Positions 1 through 9,380 of a DNA stretch of 23,390 nt are shown piece after piece. Each line of letters begins with the position of its first letter. The stretch's first letter is position 1. The stretch is from a virus (taxonomy: Duplodnaviria > Heunggongvirae > Uroviricota > Caudoviricetes), in IMG/VR virus record IMGVR_UViG_2537561977_000031, positions 1-23,390 of that record; one strand, 5' to 3'. Below the pieces are notes generated by a model. It was not told the DNA's origin and searched no databases. It saw only the letters and a program-made list of their open reading frames with translations. A program made the position numbers and the translations under genes.

Positions 1-874
<874 letters not shown>

Positions 875-1177
875 CATGTAATTTATGAGTGTCTTCTGCT
901 TGATTCCTCTGCTGGCGAGGATTTTTTCGTAGCGATCAAGCCATGAATGTAACGTAACAGAATTATCACTGTTGATTCTCGCTGTCAGAGGCTTGTGTTT
1001 GTGTCCTGAAAATAACTCAATGTTGGCCTGTATAGCTTCAGTGATTGCGATTCGCCTGTCTCGGCCTAATCCAAACTCTTTACCCGTCCTTGGGTCCCTG
1101 TAGCAGTAATATCCATTGTTTCTTATATAAAGGTTAGGGGGTAAATCCCGGCGCTCATGACTTCGCCTTCTTCCCAT
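875..1177 (-). pseudogene. int: Lambda-type integrase, N-terminal arm-binding fragment only (101 codons), cut by the IS3-family insertion
   Basis: ORF 872..1177 starts MGRRRSHERRDLPPNLYIRNNGYYCYRDPRTGKEFGLGRDRRIAITEAIQANIELF..., matching lambda Int as I recall it, then runs into the IS terminus; catalytic domain absent. Confidence 0.9.
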
Positions 1178-1373
1178 TTCTGATCCTCTTCAAAAGGCTA
1201 CCTGTTACTGGTCGATTTAAGTCAACCTTTACCGCTGATTCGTGGAACAAATACTCTCTTCCATCCTTAACCGGAGGAGGGAATATCCTGCACTCGCGTA
1301 CCCATCGACGAACTGTTTCAAGGCTCCTTGGGCGTCGCTGGCGTGCGTTCCACTCCTGAAGTGTCAAGTACAT
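1155..1373 (-). CDS. xis: Excisionase Xis (lambda-type, 72 aa)
   Basis: MYLTLQEWNARQRRPRSLETVRRWVRECRIFPPPVKDGREYLFHESAVKVDLNRP...; overlaps int start by 23 nt as in lambda. Confidence 0.9.
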   Translation of the reverse strand: MYLTLQEWNARQRRPRSLETVRRWVRECRIFPPPVKDGREYLFHESAVKVDLNRPVTGSLLKRIRNGKKAKS

Positions 1374-1429
1374 CGCAAAGTCTCCGCAATTACTCGCAAG
1401 GGAGCGAGTATTGGTTTATTTTCTCCAAC

Positions 1430-1449
1430 AAAAAAGGAGCCGAAGCTCC
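1430..1449 (-). terminator. Candidate rho-independent terminator between the AntA-like gene and xis
   Basis: Minus-strand hairpin GGAGC-TTCG-GCTCC followed by TTTTTT. Confidence 0.4.
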
Positions 1450-1457
1450 TTTGATGA

Positions 1458-2081
1458 TTAAAATTCGAATTGTCTCGCCCGAAGGCTTTTCAGCATTGGT
1501 TTTGCCCGTTCGAAAAGGGCGCTTGCTTGGTCAAGTCGTGTCGCCTCCCTTAGCAGTACATCTCTGTTTTTCGTCACCGTGTAAAAAGTTTCAAACGCGA
1601 TGTCATACAGCTTGCTCGTGTATGATGAGTTCAGTTCCTTCAATATCGGGTACAGACGTTTGCAGATGTCCTGCGCATTCTCCATCTGTACCTGCATATA
1701 GCAAAGGAGGATGATTTCTTCGTCTGTGAATTGCTGCGCTGGTTGCATGCTGCGAAGTTTCTTTTCGCACTCGATGAAGTATCGGCGTATCTGGCGGCCT
1801 TTTTCGTTACGCTCGACCATCGCCGTTTCTTTGGCTGTATCGAGGGTGAGGTGATAGTCTTTGCTACGGCGATCGCCTCCACGTCCTTTGATCCCCCTGT
1901 TTTGGTGAACCAAAATGTAATCGACATCAACGGCAAAGCCGTATTCTGTTATGCGATTTTTAATCCATGTAGAGAAGTCACGACGTACTTCCAAAAATTC
2001 GTGTAAATCACGGGCATTAACGAGAAGAGTTGTTTCGTTGGATATAGTGCCGTTGAATACGGGGATGAGTTGACTGGTCAT
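1458..2081 (-). CDS. Phage antirepressor-like protein (AntA/AntB-type N-terminal domain), 207 aa
   Basis: ORF with AAGGAC SD before the ATG; N-terminal LIPVFNGT...LLVNARDLHEFLEV..DFSTWIKNRITEYGF pattern resembling AntA/AntB family; family assignment from memory. Confidence 0.5.
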   Translation of the reverse strand: MTSQLIPVFNGTISNETTLLVNARDLHEFLEVRRDFSTWIKNRITEYGFAVDVDYILVHQNRGIKGRGGDRRSKDYHLTLDTAKETAMVERNEKGRQIRRYFIECEKKLRSMQPAQQFTDEEIILLCYMQVQMENAQDICKRLYPILKELNSSYTSKLYDIAFETFYTVTKNRDVLLREATRLDQASALFERAKPMLKSLRARQFEF

Positions 2082-2230
2082 TTTTATGTCCTTTGCATTT
2101 GTTCAGATAGCCCTGTGTTCAGCAGGGCGGTCAGGTACTTGAACACCGTGCAAAGTCGGCCCGTATCCTTAACCTTTCGGCTGTTTTTCGGTATACGCGC
2201 TACCCGACCATATCTGAAAAATGGACATAA

Positions 2231-2258
2231 AAAATCCGCATGACTGACGGGTGCGGTT
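2231..2258 (-). terminator. Weak candidate terminator downstream of the ORF6N gene
   Basis: Minus-strand hairpin CCGCA...TGCGG followed by ATTTTTTA. Confidence 0.3.
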
Positions 2259-2402
2259 TCCGCTTTGCAAGGTGTGTTCAGCACCATGAAGCGGAATATA
2301 GCCCCGTTAATGCGGTGTTGTCAAATCATGTAGGCCTTATCTTGCTGTAAGCCGCGCCATTCGGGCTTTTCCCCACATTTGGGGAAAACTATCTTGTCAA
2401 AA

Positions 2403-3185
2403 TCATGCAGCCTTTCGCCCTCCTTCGATGAGTTCCTCTATTTTGTGCACTCCAGCCTCGTTGTACCGAAATGTTTCAACCTGCTTGTCATTGTGCGCCG
2501 ATTTGTCGATGAACCACTTCCCGTACTTTTCTGTTTTGAGCATGTAGGTGTTGGCTATGCGTCCTACCTTGTTGGCTGAAATACCGTAGCGCTGGCCGAC
2601 TTCCGTAGCAGAGTAGTAGTGCTCTGAGATAGCTGGCAGAGGTACAACATCGCGACCAACAATCGGGTTGAACACTCCAGCTACTGCTGCCTGCTTTGAT
2701 TCTGAGGACAGATTCGGGAACATATTCACCAGTCGATCCGCCACGTTCAAAGCTATTTCCATGGCTCGCGCACGGTCTAGGCTACTTTCTGGTTGCGGTA
2801 CTGGTTGAGGATGGTTGGCAACCTTTTCGCGCTGATTGAAGTAGCCGTCCTCCAGTTTTTCGAACACGTCCCATGCCTGATCCGTTTCGAGCATCTTCGC
2901 GTGACGGGCGGCTCCGCGCTCTGTCCAGAGGATGAGGTGGCGTGCATTTGGGGCAATTTTCACAAAGTAGTTTAAAGCTACTTTGTGTTTTAGCGCGCGC
3001 AGCTCGTCACCAACGACCTTGTAGAAGTGTACCCCCTCAACAAAGCGCGACTTGTTTTCATGATGGTTTTGCCGGATGCGCACAACATCCGTTCCGTACA
3101 ACTGCGCCAATAGTTCGCTGGTGATGACGTTGGTTTGTTTGTAGGTGATTGGTGAAAGTGTTTCAACAGAAATTTGAGCATTCAT
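2403..3185 (-). CDS. ORF6N-domain antirepressor-like protein, 260 aa
   Basis: GAGGA SD before ATG; N-terminal domain with HHENKSRF...[22 protein letters not shown], close paralog of the N-terminus of ORF 17062..17748. Confidence 0.7.
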   Translation of the reverse strand: MNAQISVETLSPITYKQTNVITSELLAQLYGTDVVRIRQNHHENKSRFVEGVHFYKVVGDELRALKHKVALNYFVKIAPNARHLILWTERGAARHAKMLETDQAWDVFEKLEDGYFNQREKVANHPQPVPQPESSLDRARAMEIALNVADRLVNMFPNLSSESKQAAVAGVFNPIVGRDVVPLPAISEHYYSATEVGQRYGISANKVGRIANTYMLKTEKYGKWFIDKSAHNDKQVETFRYNEAGVHKIEELIEGGRKAA

Positions 3186-3251
3186 AGCGTCCTCACATTG
3201 GCTTTTGCATTGAAGAAAGCTTGACGGTGAACTCGCCGTAACGAGTTCAGA

Positions 3252-3286
3252 TAAAAGAAATCCCCGCGAGTGCGAGGATTGTTATT
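3252..3286 (-). terminator. Candidate rho-independent terminator
   Basis: Minus-strand hairpin ATCCTCGC-ACTC-GCGGGGAT followed by TTCTTTTAT. Confidence 0.45.
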
Positions 3287-3309
3287 TACCTTTGACGGCA
3301 AGTTGCAGG

Positions 3310-3528
3310 TTAGCCACGGTTAACCTCCTGCGGCGGTTCTGGTAGCTGCATCCAGTGGGTTACCTCTTTGAGATACAGGTCTTCGCCATCACCGTCATCC
3401 CAAGTGGGATTGCCATCATTAAACCAGTCGCCATATACGCCGACCTGAGTGTTGGGGATGTTTGGTGGGTAGTTGTTTTTAAAGTCAGCTGTTAACACAT
3501 AGCATTGTCGCTCTCCCATTTCTGGCAT
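3310..3528 (-). CDS. Small phage protein, DUF551-like (72 aa)
   Basis: C-terminal THWMQLPEPP motif recalled as typical of DUF551 prophage proteins. Confidence 0.55.
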   Translation of the reverse strand: MPEMGERQCYVLTADFKNNYPPNIPNTQVGVYGDWFNDGNPTWDDGDGEDLYLKEVTHWMQLPEPPQEVNRG

Positions 3529-3546
3529 TCGCTCACTACAGCTTAT

Positions 3547-3840
3547 CTAGGCATCCGGAGTTACCGGCACTGGCTGGGCGGTATAAAGCGGTGTTATATC
3601 TGCCCGAAAATTACATGCTTTATGCAGCCGCACCCACCGTTCGACTTCTGCTTTGTCAGAATACATACCAGTGAACGTGTTATATTCACGGTCAATTTGC
3701 GTGAAGGTTACCTTCCACGCCACCGGCTCTGCTGTCAGCGATGCCAGAGCAATTTCATAAGCACGGCGTTCAACATTGTCTCGCACATCCAAACTGCTGA
3801 TACGCTCTTTGATTTCTTTAATCAGTTCTTTGTCGTTCAC
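3547..3840 (-). CDS. Hypothetical phage protein (97 aa)
   Basis: ORF in compact minus-strand early-left operon; no recognisable family. Confidence 0.55.
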   Translation of the reverse strand: MNDKELIKEIKERISSLDVRDNVERRAYEIALASLTAEPVAWKVTFTQIDREYNTFTGMYSDKAEVERWVRLHKACNFRADITPLYTAQPVPVTPDA

Positions 3841-3920
3841 TTATGCCTCCGATTCCCGGATGTCACCCAAATCAACGCTACAATGCCAACCAGTGCAACG
3901 AGCGCAAAACTATCAAGCAT
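3841..3920 (-). CDS. Small hydrophobic peptide (26 aa), candidate
   Basis: MLDSFALVALVGIVALIWVTSGNRRHK; its ATG overlaps the stop of the upstream Ea22-like gene (ATGCTTGA) suggesting translational coupling; below ORF-track threshold. Confidence 0.3.
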
Positions 3921-4416
3921 CTCCAACCTCTTTAACGGTAACTGTCTGTGCCTCCAGTTCTGCTATGCGCTTTTCTGAGGCTTCAAGTAACGCCTGCTTA
4001 TCGCGTAGCGCTTCTTCCAGTTCAGCAACATGGCATTCACTATCAATAAGGTTGTTCTCTGCTGCTTCCAGCTCAACACGCAACTTCCCTACCGTTAGCG
4101 CAATTTCCTCGTTCTCCTGATCGCGGCTTTTGATGTATTGCAGGTTTCTTTCCCGTTCATCCAGTAGTGCCAGCGCAACATTTGGATTAAAAGCAGCAAT
4201 AAATTCAGCGTTTGCATAAGCCTGAACATCTGTTTCAACCAGGCAGTTAACATGACATTCCGCAATCACACCACCGGGTTCTCCTTTCCATTTTTGACAA
4301 ACAAAAACTCCTGTTATATTCCCATGCTGATTGCCCGATGTATGCCCTACGATGTAGCTCCCTTTCGTTGCCTTTTCTGCCGCATCACGCAGTGCCTGAT
4401 AATTAATTTCGCTCAC
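3913..4416 (-). CDS. Ead/Ea22-like protein (167 aa, GTG start)
   Basis: MSEINYQALR... and LLDERERNLQYIKSRDQENEEIALTVGKLRVEL coiled-coil region resembling Ea22-like prophage proteins. Confidence 0.6.
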   Translation of the reverse strand: MSEINYQALRDAAEKATKGSYIVGHTSGNQHGNITGVFVCQKWKGEPGGVIAECHVNCLVETDVQAYANAEFIAAFNPNVALALLDERERNLQYIKSRDQENEEIALTVGKLRVELEAAENNLIDSECHVAELEEALRDKQALLEASEKRIAELEAQTVTVKEVGDA

Positions 4417-4538
4417 TTCGAACCTCTCTGTTTACTGATAAGCTCCAGATCTGCATTAAGCGCAGCAAAAATCTCTGGTGGTGTGCGCCAGCTGTCGCGA
4501 TGTTCGGCAGGAGTATTGCTTCCGGTGAAATCAGTCAT
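4413..4538 (-). CDS. Small ORF (41 aa), candidate
   Basis: [41 protein letters not shown]; start overlaps upstream stop (ATGA) and stop overlaps Ea22-like GTG (GTGA). Confidence 0.35.
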   Translation of the reverse strand: MTDFTGSNTPAEHRDSWRTPPEIFAALNADLELISKQRGSK

Positions 4539-4693
4539 ACAGCCCCCCGTTTATTATTTATCTCCTCAGCCAGCCGCTGTGCTTTCAGTGGATTTCTGAT
4601 AACAGAAAGGCCGGGAAATACCCAGCCTCGCTTTGTAACGGAGTAGATGAAAGTGATCGCACCTACCCGGATATTATCGCGAGGATGCTTCAT
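4535..4693 (-). CDS. Small ORF (52 aa) immediately downstream of exo, candidate
   Basis: [52 protein letters not shown]; ATG overlaps exo stop (ATGA). Confidence 0.4.
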   Translation of the reverse strand: MKHPRDNIRVGAITFIYSVTKRGWVFPGLSVIRNPLKAQRLAEEINNKRGAV

Positions 4694-5370
4694 CGCCATT
4701 GCTCCCCAAATACAAAACCAATTTCAGCCAGTGCCTCGTCCATTTTTTCGATGAACTCCGGCACCATCTCGTCAAAATTCGCCATGTACCTTTCATCCCG
4801 CTCAACCACGACATAATGCAGGCCTTCACGCTTCATGCGCGGGTCATAGTTGGCAAAGTACCAGGCATCTTTTCGCGTCACCCACATGCTGTACTGCACC
4901 TGGGCCATGTAAGCCGACTTTATGGCCTCGAAACCACCGAGCCGGAACTTCATGAAATCCCGGGAGGTAAACGGGCATTTCAGCTCAAGGCCATTGCCGT
5001 CACTGCATAAACCATCGGGAGAGCAGGCGGTGCGCATACTTTCGTCGCGATAGATGATCGGGGATTCAGTAACATTCACGCCGGAAGTGAATTCAAACAG
5101 AGTTCTGGCGTCGTTCTCGTACTGTTTTCCCCATGCCAGCGCCTTAGCATTAACTTCCGGAGCCACACCGGTGCAAACCTCAGCCAGCAGGGTGTGGAAG
5201 TAGGACATTTTCATGTCAGGCCACTTCTTTCCTGAGCGGGGCTTTGCTATCACGTTGTGAACTTCTGAAGCGGTGATGACGCCGAGCCGTAATTTGTGCC
5301 ACGCATCATCTCCCTGCTCGATAGCTCTCACGTCGATCCCGGTACGCTGCAGGATAATGTCCGGTGTCAT
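4690..5370 (-). CDS. exo: Lambda-type exonuclease (Red alpha)
   Basis: 226 aa, [54 protein letters not shown]... matches lambda Exo as I recall it. Confidence 0.95.
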   Translation of the reverse strand: MTPDIILQRTGIDVRAIEQGDDAWHKLRLGVITASEVHNVIAKPRSGKKWPDMKMSYFHTLLAEVCTGVAPEVNAKALAWGKQYENDARTLFEFTSGVNVTESPIIYRDESMRTACSPDGLCSDGNGLELKCPFTSRDFMKFRLGGFEAIKSAYMAQVQYSMWVTRKDAWYFANYDPRMKREGLHYVVVERDERYMANFDEMVPEFIEKMDEALAEIGFVFGEQWR

Positions 5371-6152
5371 GCTGCCACCTTCTGTTCAGTGGCTTTTTGT
5401 TTCAGGAATCCAAGAGCTTTCACTGCTTCGGCCTGTGTCAGTTCTGACGATGCGCGAATGTCGCGGCGAAATATCTGGGAACAGAGCGGCAATAAGTCGT
5501 CATCCCATGTTTTATCCAGGGCGATCAGCAGAGTGTTAATCTCCTGCATGGTTTCATCGTTAACCGGAGTGATGTCGCGTTCCGGCTGACGTTCTGCAGT
5601 GTATGCGGTATTTTCGACAATGCGCTCGGCTTCATCCTTGTCATAGATACCAGCAAATCCGAAGGCGAGACGGGCACACTGAATCATGGTTTTATGACGT
5701 AACATCCGTTTGGGATGCGACTGCCACGGTCCGGTGATTTCTCTGCCTTCGCGGGTTTTGAATGGTTCGCGGCGGCATTCATCCATCCACTCGGTAACGC
5801 AGATCGGATGATTGCGGTCCTTGCGGTAAATCCGGCATGTGCAGGATTCATTGTCCTGCTCAAAGTCCATACCATCAAACTGCTGGTTTTCATTGATGAT
5901 GCGGGACCAGCCATCAACGCCCACCACCGGAACGATGCCGTTCTGCTTATCAGGGAAGGCGTAAATTTCTTTCGTCCACGGATTAAGGCCGTACTGGTTG
6001 GCGACGATCAACAATGCGATGAACTGCGCATCGCTGGCATCACCTTTAAATGCCGTCTGGCGAAGAGTGGTGATCAGTTCTTGTGGGTCGACAGAATCCA
6101 TGCCGACACGTTCAGCCAGCTTCCCAGCCAGCGTTGCGAGTGCTGTACTCAT
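5367..6152 (-). CDS. bet: Lambda-type Bet (Red beta) single-strand annealing protein
   Basis: 261 aa, [59 protein letters not shown]... Confidence 0.95.
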   Translation of the reverse strand: MSTALATLAGKLAERVGMDSVDPQELITTLRQTAFKGDASDAQFIALLIVANQYGLNPWTKEIYAFPDKQNGIVPVVGVDGWSRIINENQQFDGMDFEQDNESCTCRIYRKDRNHPICVTEWMDECRREPFKTREGREITGPWQSHPKRMLRHKTMIQCARLAFGFAGIYDKDEAERIVENTAYTAERQPERDITPVNDETMQEINTLLIALDKTWDDDLLPLCSQIFRRDIRASSELTQAEAVKALGFLKQKATEQKVAA

Positions 6153-6157
6153 CCGTT

Positions 6158-6453
6158 TTATACCTCTGAATCAATATCAACCTGGTGGTGAGCAATGGTT
6201 TCAACCATGTACTGGATGTGTTCTGCCATGCGCTCCTGAAACTCAACATCGTCATCAAACGCACGGGTAATGGCTTTTTTGCTGGCCCCGTGGCGTTGCA
6301 AATGATCGATGCATAGCGATTCAAACAGGTGCTGGGGCAGGCCTTTTTCCATGTCGTCTGCCAGTTCTGCCTCTTTCTCTTCACGGGCGAGCTGCTGGTA
6401 GTGACGCGCCCAGCTCTGAGCCTCAAGACGATCCTGAATGTAATAAGCGTTCA
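6158..6453 (-). pseudogene. gam: gam remnant, N-terminally truncated by IS1 (retains residues matching lambda Gam from [14 protein letters not shown]... to the C-terminus)
   Basis: Minus-strand translation upstream of the 64-aa track ORF continues in frame as ...[40 protein letters not shown]... up to the IS1 boundary; no start codon remains. Confidence 0.85.
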
Positions 6454-6468
6454 GGTAATGACTCCAAC

Positions 6469-6972
6469 TTACTGATAGTGTTTTATGTTCAGATAATGCC
6501 CGATGACCTTGTCATGCAGCTCCACCGATTTTGAGAACGACAGTGACTTCCGTCCCAGCCTTGCCAGATGTTGTCTCAGATTCAGATTATGTCGCTCAAT
6601 GCGCTGAGTGTAACGCTTGCTGATAACGTGCAGCTTTCCCTTCAGGCGTGATTCATACAGCGGCCAGCCATCCGTCATCCATACCACGACCTCAAAGGCC
6701 GACAGCAGGCTCAGAAGACGCTCCAGTGTGGCCAGAGTGCGTTCACCGAAGACGTGCGCCACAACCGTCCTCCGTATCCTGTCATACGCGTAAAACAGCC
6801 AGCGCTGACGTGATTTAGCACCGACGTAGCCCCACTGTTCGTCCATTTCAGCGCAGACAATCACATCACTGCCCGGTTGTATGCGCGAGGTTACCGACTG
6901 CGGCCTGAGTTTTTTAAGTGACGTAAAACCGTGTTGAGGCCAACGCCCATAATGCGTGCACTGGCGCGACAT
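6469..6972 (-). CDS. insB: IS1 transposase InsB
   Basis: 167 aa ORF, ...[19 protein letters not shown]... Confidence 0.9.
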   Translation of the reverse strand: MSRQCTHYGRWPQHGFTSLKKLRPQSVTSRIQPGSDVIVCAEMDEQWGYVGAKSRQRWLFYAYDRIRRTVVAHVFGERTLATLERLLSLLSAFEVVVWMTDGWPLYESRLKGKLHVISKRYTQRIERHNLNLRQHLARLGRKSLSFSKSVELHDKVIGHYLNIKHYQ

Positions 6973-7166
6973 CCGACGCCATTCATGGCCATATCAATGA
7001 TTTTCTGGTGCGTACCGGGCTGAGAGGCGGTGTAAGTGAACTGTAGTTGCCATGTTTTACGGCAATGAGAGCAGAGATAGCGCTGATGTCCGGCAGTGCT
7101 TTTGCCGTTACGCACCACGCCTTCAGTAGCGGAGCAGGAAGGACATCTGATGGAAATGGAAGCCAC
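6891..7166 (-). CDS. insA: IS1 InsA
   Basis: 91 aa, [43 protein letters not shown]... Confidence 0.9.
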   Translation of the reverse strand: MASISIRCPSCSATEGVVRNGKSTAGHQRYLCSHCRKTWQLQFTYTASQPGTHQKIIDMAMNGVGCRASARIMGVGLNTVLRHLKNSGRSR

Positions 7167-7221
7167 GCAAGCACCTTAAAATCACCATCATACACTAAAT
7201 CAGTAAGTTGGCAGCATTACC

Positions 7222-7374
7222 CACAATCAGACTGATACGCTTGGCTTCATCTTTTGTCAGGTCGCGAGGCAGGTTGCCAATGGTGACGATAAGATCTCCG
7301 CGCAATGGAATCGGCAGTTCAAATGTTTTTACACCAACCTGTACGTCAGCTACCGCCTTCTTCTTAGGTGCCAT
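7222..7374 (-). pseudogene. Unknown early-left gene, C-terminally truncated by IS1 (51 codons remain)
   Basis: GGAG SD 9 nt before ATG at 7374; MAPKKKAVADVQVGVKTFELPIPLRGDLIVTIGNLPRDLTKDEAKRISLIV then reads into IS1. Confidence 0.4.
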
Positions 7375-7715
7375 CTTTTTACGCTCCTTTTTTTATTTAC
7401 ATCACCAACTGACACATTAATCTCACCATTCTGGTAGGAGATAAATTTATCAATAGCACTTTGCATTCGGCTTTTGTATGCCTGCAAAGATGATTCAGAA
7501 GGTTTGCTTTCTGCTGAGTCTGCGTACGAACTTGCTAAGTTGGCAACGCTATAATCACGGATATCGGCATCGGTGAAATCCGACCCAAGAACAGTAAGAA
7601 GGCGCAGGGAAGAGTCACGGAGATTGCGGGCTGTAGCATCATTGACGATACCAAGCTCAGGAAGCATCTGTAAGAAGTCCTGAAATGCTTTGATGGTGTA
7701 GCTTTTGGTTTGCAT
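7350..7715 (-). CDS. Hypothetical protein (121 aa), Arg-rich C-terminus; no SD, ATG directly follows a hairpin/T-run
   Basis: Track ORF; compositionally protein-like; start context unusual. Confidence 0.4.
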   Translation of the reverse strand: MQTKSYTIKAFQDFLQMLPELGIVNDATARNLRDSSLRLLTVLGSDFTDADIRDYSVANLASSYADSAESKPSESSLQAYKSRMQSAIDKFISYQNGEINVSVGDVNKKRSVKRWHLRRRR

Positions 7716-7741
7716 AAAAAAGCCTCATACAGTTGATGAGG
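7715..7741 (-). terminator. Candidate terminator of the cI operon (or structured element at the start of the 121-aa ORF)
   Basis: Minus-strand hairpin GCCTCAT-CAACTGT-ATGAGGC followed by TTTTT. Confidence 0.35.
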
Positions 7742-7904
7742 CAATACTAATTTGATCGTCAAAACAAATCAAGACCCAAGAAACGATCGTTGATTCCTTT
7801 CTTTGTGACAATACAGTCAAATCAAGTTTTACAAGGATTACTTTTCTTCGATTACATTAAAGGCCGCACTTCTGCGACCATCCATCACCAAAATGTCTCT
7901 TCAC

Positions 7905-8246
7905 TCATCCGAAGAAGCAGCAATCCGGGTCAGCACGCACAAGCTCAAGCGCATCAGTCAGCGAAAGTTCAGTACTGTACTGATGCCATTTCATATCCTT
8001 CCGCATCCAATAGATTTTCCATCTATCCAGAGAACGTATGTACTTGATTCTTGCTGATGGCAGGATGTTTGTTTCACCTGGGTTGCCCTGCCACACGGGG
8101 CGCTGTTCGCCGATATCTATCGTTTGGTCATTGATGCTATAAACAATATCCAGTTCATTGCGGATATGTTCAGGCGGCCTTATGCTTTCAATGAATTGGT
8201 GAACTTCTTTTTTGACCGCTTGATATTCAAGGTCAGTGAACGCCAT
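7905..8246 (-). CDS. Hypothetical protein (113 aa) directly downstream of cI, same strand
   Basis: Strong SD GAGGAGG 4-5 nt before ATG; only 37 bp after the cI stop; occupies the position of lambda rexAB. Confidence 0.7.
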   Translation of the reverse strand: MAFTDLEYQAVKKEVHQFIESIRPPEHIRNELDIVYSINDQTIDIGEQRPVWQGNPGETNILPSARIKYIRSLDRWKIYWMRKDMKWHQYSTELSLTDALELVRADPDCCFFG

Positions 8247-8283
8247 CTATCCTCCTCACCCAAACGTTTCTTCAGGCCACTGG

Positions 8284-8991
8284 TTACCAGCTATGCGATG
8301 ACCAGAATACTCTGCCAATAATCCTTACGGTTTTATGAAATTCATCTCTATCCATTACTTCATCCGGGTACTCTTCGCGATTTATTGATCTGATTATCAC
8401 CGATGTAGGAGTGGCGATTAATGTTTTTACTCGCAACAAATCAGACTGGCAAATAGCGTAGGTTTTACCATCTCTGATGGTGGTATCTTGTGTGTTAACA
8501 CCAACAACATCGCCATCGTGAAGAGTTGGTTCCATGCTTTGACCTGTTACCCTTACCAGCTTGGCAGAACTTTCAGTTACCCCCATCTTTTTCAGATAGT
8601 ACTTTCTGAAAACCAAAGAGAACTCTGATGATTCTTCTATCTCGCAGCTACCGCTTCCAGCCGAAAGCGAAACGTTAAGAAGAGGCAATGCGACAAACTC
8701 GTCATCGTTTTTTTTAATGTCTTCCCATACCACAGCTTTTAAAGATGACTCACGGATATTGGATGGTTCTTCATGTGTACCATCCCTCATTTCACCAATA
8801 CCAGAACTAAGCCATTCAGGGCGTACTTTTAAAGCATTAGCTAACTCAACCATCTTGCGAGATCCGTTTGTTTTACCGGATGACATCTTCTGTATGGCTG
8901 GCTGAGATATTCCAACCATGTCCGCAAGCTGTGATTGCGACACCCCTGCCGATCTCATGGCTGCATTTAGTCTTTCTGCGAATGTTTTCAT
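8284..8991 (-). CDS. cI: CI-type prophage repressor (N-terminal HTH, C-terminal S24 LexA-like peptidase); start likely at Met 8991 (track ORF begins at a TTG at 9021)
   Basis: HTH segment QSQLADMVGISQPAIQKMSSG; peptidase motif GQSMEPTLHDGD with downstream Lys; divergent from cro. Confidence 0.85.
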   Translation of the reverse strand: MKTFAERLNAAMRSAGVSQSQLADMVGISQPAIQKMSSGKTNGSRKMVELANALKVRPEWLSSGIGEMRDGTHEEPSNIRESSLKAVVWEDIKKNDDEFVALPLLNVSLSAGSGSCEIEESSEFSLVFRKYYLKKMGVTESSAKLVRVTGQSMEPTLHDGDVVGVNTQDTTIRDGKTYAICQSDLLRVKTLIATPTSVIIRSINREEYPDEVMDRDEFHKTVRIIGRVFWSSHSW

Positions 8992-9102
8992 ATCCACAAA
9001 TCTATAACTACGGTTATCCAAAGTAAAATAATAAAGGTTATTGCTATCTTTTATAACTTGGGTTATCCTTGGTTATAAGTAATGGCTGAAAGAGGTATGC
9101 TC
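8992..9102. promoter_or_regulatory. Divergent operator/promoter region (OR-like) between cI and cro
   Basis: Two 14-bp palindromes ATAAC-N4-GTTAT at 9004-9017 and 9051-9064 plus further GTTAT/TTATAA half-sites. Confidence 0.5.
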
Positions 9103-9327
9103 ATGAATTTAGTAATTCAACGAGCCTTGAAGATTGTCGGTAGTCAAAAGCGGCTTGCCGACAAGTGTGGTGTAACGCAGCCAGCAGTACACAAATGGCT
9201 GAAAGGCGGGCAGGTTTCTCCAGAGAAAGTTACCGCCATCGTTAACGCCACTGGAGGGCAGATCAAGGCTTACGAAATTCGCCCAGATTTACCACACCTG
9301 TTTCCAAAACCGAATCAGGCAGCATAA
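9103..9327 (+). CDS. cro: Cro-like HTH regulator (74 aa; alternative starts at 9082/9097)
   Basis: SD AGAGG 7 nt before ATG 9103; HTH QKRLADKCGVTQPAVHKWLKG; position divergent from cI. Confidence 0.7.
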   Translation: MNLVIQRALKIVGSQKRLADKCGVTQPAVHKWLKGGQVSPEKVTAIVNATGGQIKAYEIRPDLPHLFPKPNQAA

Positions 9328-9334
9328 GTAACAC

Positions 9335-9380
9335 CGCTATTTTCACAATGGGCATTCGTCCTACGTCGCTGACAAAGCGA
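9335..9380 (+). promoter_or_regulatory. Candidate nutR-like site: boxA-like CGCTATTTT and boxB-like hairpin TCGCT-GACAA-AGCGA
   Basis: 5-bp stem with GACAA pentaloop (P22-type boxB loop) located between cro and cII. Confidence 0.3.

Larger units (their letters stand above)
6454..7221 (-). mobile_element. IS1 (768 bp, variant copy)
   Basis: Ends GGTAATGACTCCAACTTACTGATAGTG... (6454-) and ...CAGTAAGTTGGCAGCATTACC (-7221) match IS1 inverted repeats with a few mismatches; contains insA and insB. Confidence 0.9.

Noticed and set aside
2367-2392. Hairpin TTTCCCCA-CATT-TGGGGAAA just past the stop of the minus-strand ORF6N gene as a terminator
   Set aside because: No T-run follows on either strand; the weaker hairpin at 2231-2258 with a T-tract is the better terminator candidate.
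7716-7904. OL/pL operators left of the cI operon
   Set aside because: No copies of the ATAAC-N4-GTTAT operator found here; only an unrelated 10-bp palindrome AACGATCGTT, so pL could not be placed.
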